Origin: a virus
Lineage: Duplodnaviria > Caudoviricetes
Length of the DNA stretch: 63,263 bases
Strand: one strand, 5' to 3'
Virus record (IMG/VR): IMGVR_UViG_3300013885_000001
Coordinates: 1-63,263 of that record
A program made the position numbers and the translations under genes. This document shows positions 60,249-63,263 of the stretch, one piece after another; position 1 is the first letter of the stretch, and every line of letters starts with the position of its first letter. A model generated the notes under the pieces. That model worked only from the letters and a program-made list of their open reading frames with translations, searched no databases and had not been told where the DNA came from.

Positions 60249-60812
60249 ATGAGAACTAATATTTCCAAGATAGAGAAGTTGGGTGTGGAGAACTATGTCA
60301 TCACACTAAGACATGAGGGATACTCATTCAGAGAGATAGCTGAGAAGGTGAATGAGATAATCCCTGATGCCAATCTGTCTACAGATAACGTCGCTAAGTT
60401 TATCAAGTCTCACCCACATTTGAATAAAATGTCTTCAGGTGAAGTGGTTACTTACAAAGTACTCAATAATATGAGACAGATTCTTGATAAGATATGGCAA
60501 CTTGAGGCTGAGGCTGAACAGTTTTTGAAAAAAGCTAAGGAGACTGAAGATAGAAGATCGATGGTGTCTGCTATCAGAGCTTGTAATGAAGTACTAAGAA
60601 CGTGTCTTGCTGTAGCCAGAGAGTTGAAGGCACCATCCGAAACTCTTAAGGTAGATGTTAGACATCAAACGATAAACTATATGATAAACATTATAAACCA
60701 GTTGCCTAAGGATTCTCAGATGATTTTAAGAAAGCAGATAGAAGAGATATATGAGAGAGAGTTAAGCCAGTCTAAAGAGGATATAGAAGATGGTGAAAAA
60801 GAAAACAATTAG
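60249..60812 (+). CDS. HTH plus helical protein, candidate terminase small subunit or regulator
   Basis: GAGGTGA RBS before ATG 60249; GYSFREIAEKV. Confidence 0.55.
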   Translation: MRTNISKIEKLGVENYVITLRHEGYSFREIAEKVNEIIPDANLSTDNVAKFIKSHPHLNKMSSGEVVTYKVLNNMRQILDKIWQLEAEAEQFLKKAKETEDRRSMVSAIRACNEVLRTCLAVARELKAPSETLKVDVRHQTINYMINIINQLPKDSQMILRKQIEEIYERELSQSKEDIEDGEKENN

Positions 60813-60813
60813 A

Positions 60814-60838
60814 GTGGTGATAAATGCGTCATCACCAC
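60814..60838. terminator. Inverted repeat between convergent genes
   Basis: GTGGTGAT-9 nt-ATCACCAC. Confidence 0.4.
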
Positions 60839-60848
60839 CCCATATGAT

Positions 60849-61433
60849 TTATTTATTGCGACCACTCTCTTCAATTGCCTGTCTCTTCTTTCTTTTCTTC
60901 TGAAATCTAACTTCAATATTATGCTTTCTAAGATGCCTTAACACAGTAGGACTCGTGCAACCAATCATCTCCGCAATTTCAGTGCTTGATTTTCTTTTGT
61001 TTATGTATTGATCATATAACCAGTCTCTATCTCTTAGCAATCTTAAATCAGAATTCTTACTATACCAGTTGAGATAACATGTTTCTTGTCTGACTCTTGT
61101 CATGATGCCAAACTTCTTCATGTTGTCGTTTATCCTTGCCTTTGTGGTGTGGGTAATCTGTTTGATTTTACCGAGAGATACTTTTTCTTCTTCATATTTC
61201 TTACGTAGCCATTCTTCATCCTCAACTAATGTATTGTTTGGATATTTCTTACTAAGCCATAGATGTATTCTCTCCTTGTGGTTTCTTGTTGGAATTTTAA
61301 ATCTCTTTATGGCTCTTATTAATGCCTTGTCACTGCAACCTATTAAGTCAGCCATCTCCCTCGCATTTAGTTTTTCTTCTACATATTTCTGCGTTAGCCA
61401 CTCTTTATCATATAGGAGACTGTGGTTATCCAT
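60849..61433 (-). CDS. Protein with three tandem HTH repeats
   Basis: Three units of the form D.EWL...Y.....S..EIA..IGC. Confidence 0.75.
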   Translation of the reverse strand: MDNHSLLYDKEWLTQKYVEEKLNAREMADLIGCSDKALIRAIKRFKIPTRNHKERIHLWLSKKYPNNTLVEDEEWLRKKYEEEKVSLGKIKQITHTTKARINDNMKKFGIMTRVRQETCYLNWYSKNSDLRLLRDRDWLYDQYINKRKSSTEIAEMIGCTSPTVLRHLRKHNIEVRFQKKRKKRQAIEESGRNK

Positions 61434-61458
61434 GATATCACCTCATTAGACTCCTCAT

Positions 61459-61538
61459 ATATTGTTTAATAGTTTCCTTAAGATTTAGTGTTAGTAGTAT
61501 CCGATAGTGATAAATTTTAGAAAACTCTTAAATAATAT
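61459..61538. promoter_or_regulatory. Back-to-back divergent copies of the promoter motif
   Basis: Minus copy 61459-61478 (AGGAAACTATTAAACAATAT); plus copy 61519-61538 (AGAAAACTCTTAAATAATAT). Confidence 0.7.
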
Positions 61539-61926
61539 ATGAGGGAGTGTAGATTAAACCCATCTTCAAATTGATGAAGTGGGAAGGATCCTCCCTGTAT
61601 ATGAGCATCCTATTTGAGGTGAGATGCCTACGTAGTAGTTAGAGGATAGGGTGTGATAAAGCCGCTGGGACTGAGGATGAGTCATAACTTGGGAACATAG
61701 GACTAATACCTTGACCCTTATCAGACCGCCTGTGAAGTCTGTCAGTGTTATACGACTCAGGGGATATTCCATTTTTTGTTTTTTTATGATCGGGAATGTT
61801 GCCCTGGGAGCCACTGACTGATGGACTGGCAACGTCTCTGACCAGAGACTTGAGATGCCTCTGGTGTGCTCTCCGTTGTCAGGGTCAGAGGTCACCTTTC
61901 TCTATAGTGGCTGCCTCTCTCATATA
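61536..61926 (+). ncRNA. Candidate structured non-coding RNA of unknown class
   Basis: Promoter motif, no credible ORF, raised GC, many nested helices with G-U-compatible mismatches. Confidence 0.55.
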
Positions 61927-62059
61927 AGACTAGACTATCTACAAATTCAGTAAATTCAGGTGTAAGAGTAGAAGTAAAATTAAACCAAAATCAACTGATG
62001 AAACTACTCAAAATGAAAAGTAAATAGTGTATAGTATGAATAGAATGTATGATATTAAA

Positions 62060-63160
62060 GGGTTTCACTCTATATAGATATAATCAGATATCAGTATAAT
62101 ATATAGAGGCGAGTAGGGTCTATATATGATATATATAATTGACAGAAACTATATATGGTCAGTAGTTCTATATATGACTATATAAGATCCATAGATCTAT
62201 ATATGAATATATATGGACTGTAGATCTATATATGACTCTATAGACACTATAGTTCTATATAGTTGGATAGGAGTTTATATAGACATACAGATCATATATA
62301 GACATCTGTATGTTTAGGAGGAAATATATAGACATACTGACGTCTATATATCAGGATATAGTCTATATATTTTAAGGAGAATATCTATAGTACTCTATAT
62401 AACTGAGGATGTCTATATAGGAAGTGATAGTCTATATATTTCCGAGTGAGTTTCTATAGTATCAGTAGGTCTATATAGAGTTGGTGGTGTCTATATATCT
62501 TACAGTATGAGTAAGTAAGATATAGAGACAACCACACTGATATATAGATGCTTGTAGTCTATATGAGTGGAAGTAGATCTATATATTTTCAGATGAATGT
62601 CCTTACTAATATATAGAGACTGATATCCATACATATGATGAGTAGATCTATATATCTCTAAACAGTAGTCCATACTGATACGGATTTCAGACAGTATCTA
62701 TATAGTTGAGAGTGAATGTCAGTAGTTTCTATATGTTGATATGGATCTATATATCTGTATCTTACTCTATGTAGTAGTCTATATCACTATGGATCTTAGG
62801 GAATATCTATATAATTAAGGTGGATGTCAGTAGGTCTCTATATATCATAGGAAGATTATATATGAGTGACACTCTCTATATAGACATAAGGAGAAGAAAG
62901 TAAATTCTATATAGACTAAACTTAAGATCAGTAACATACTTAAATCTAAGAGTCGTTATATAGAGACTAACTAACATATATAATCTGGAGCAGTGGTGGG
63001 TATCTCTATATAACAAGTAATAATCTATATACACCCATTGAGATCTCTATATACCAACATATACAAGGAGCATATCTACATACTCTCTGTAGTAGTAGCA
63101 TCAACAAACACTCAGTTAATACATCAACTGTTAGAGTGACTATAGAGACTAATATATAAT
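62060..63160. repeat. Dispersed array of TCTATATA/TATATAGA motifs
   Basis: Roughly 35-40 copies by eye, both orientations, unique spacers, no ORF. Confidence 0.85.
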
Positions 63161-63184
63161 GAATTAGTATCCTCGTGAAAAAAG

Positions 63185-63263
63185 CCTTAGTTTGAAATTT
63201 ATAAATTGAAAGTTAGTATCATTTTATTTTTTTATTAAATTTAAGCTTTTTTATTTTTTTATT
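63185..63263. repeat. Terminal redundancy, right copy
   Basis: Identical to 1..79. Confidence 0.95.

Noticed and set aside
286-61449. Numerous 60-170 aa opposite-strand ORFs in the track
   Set aside because: Shadow frames of well-supported genes, with no RBS or motifs
61671-61765. Hammerhead ribozyme (CTGAGGA followed by a stem)
   Set aside because: No GAAA core after the stem; RNase P and SRP signature motifs were also not found
61566-61895. 109-aa minus-strand ORF
   Set aside because: No recognisable motif or RBS, and it lies antisense to the promoter-linked structured region
62060-63160. CRISPR or mini-CRISPR array
   Set aside because: The repeat is only about 8 bp, occurs in both orientations with irregular spacers, and no cas gene is present
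63185-63263. Biological direct terminal repeat
   Set aside because: A 79-nt overlap ending inside a tandem repeat fits an assembler overlap better; real termini cannot be inferred
1-63263. tRNA genes, integrase/att sites and IS elements
   Set aside because: None recognised by eye; tRNAscan-SE and profile searches would be needed to exclude them

Overview
The window appears to be one complete, circularly assembled genome (63,184 bp unique; the last 79 nt repeat the first 79) of an archaeal head-tailed, siphovirus-like dsDNA virus. Archaeal origin is supported by PCNA, a histone-fold protein, an AEP primase, PolB, an ERCC4 nuclease, GGAGGTGA ribosome-binding sites and BRE/TATA-like promoters; the host cannot be determined from the sequence alone. 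The plus arm (0.3-46.4 kb) starts with an 11.5-kb DNA-methylation island with no restriction subunit: an intein-containing MTase, HsdM, a PIN-GNAT-PUA/EVE gene plus an ASCH gene, a five-TRD HsdS and a DUF1156-type MTase. It continues with terminase, portal, a caspase-like protease with small membrane proteins, DNA ligase and LigD-like phosphoesterase genes, glycosyltransferases, an HK97 capsid module and a tail module with many duplicated genes. The minus arm (46.5-60.1 kb) holds replication and nucleotide genes. The ~2-kb non-coding region across the junction has a highly base-paired candidate ncRNA behind a viral promoter motif, a ~1-kb array of semi-phased TCTATATA motifs and a 27-bp AT-rich tandem repeat. 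All family assignments were made by eye from motifs, not from database searches.
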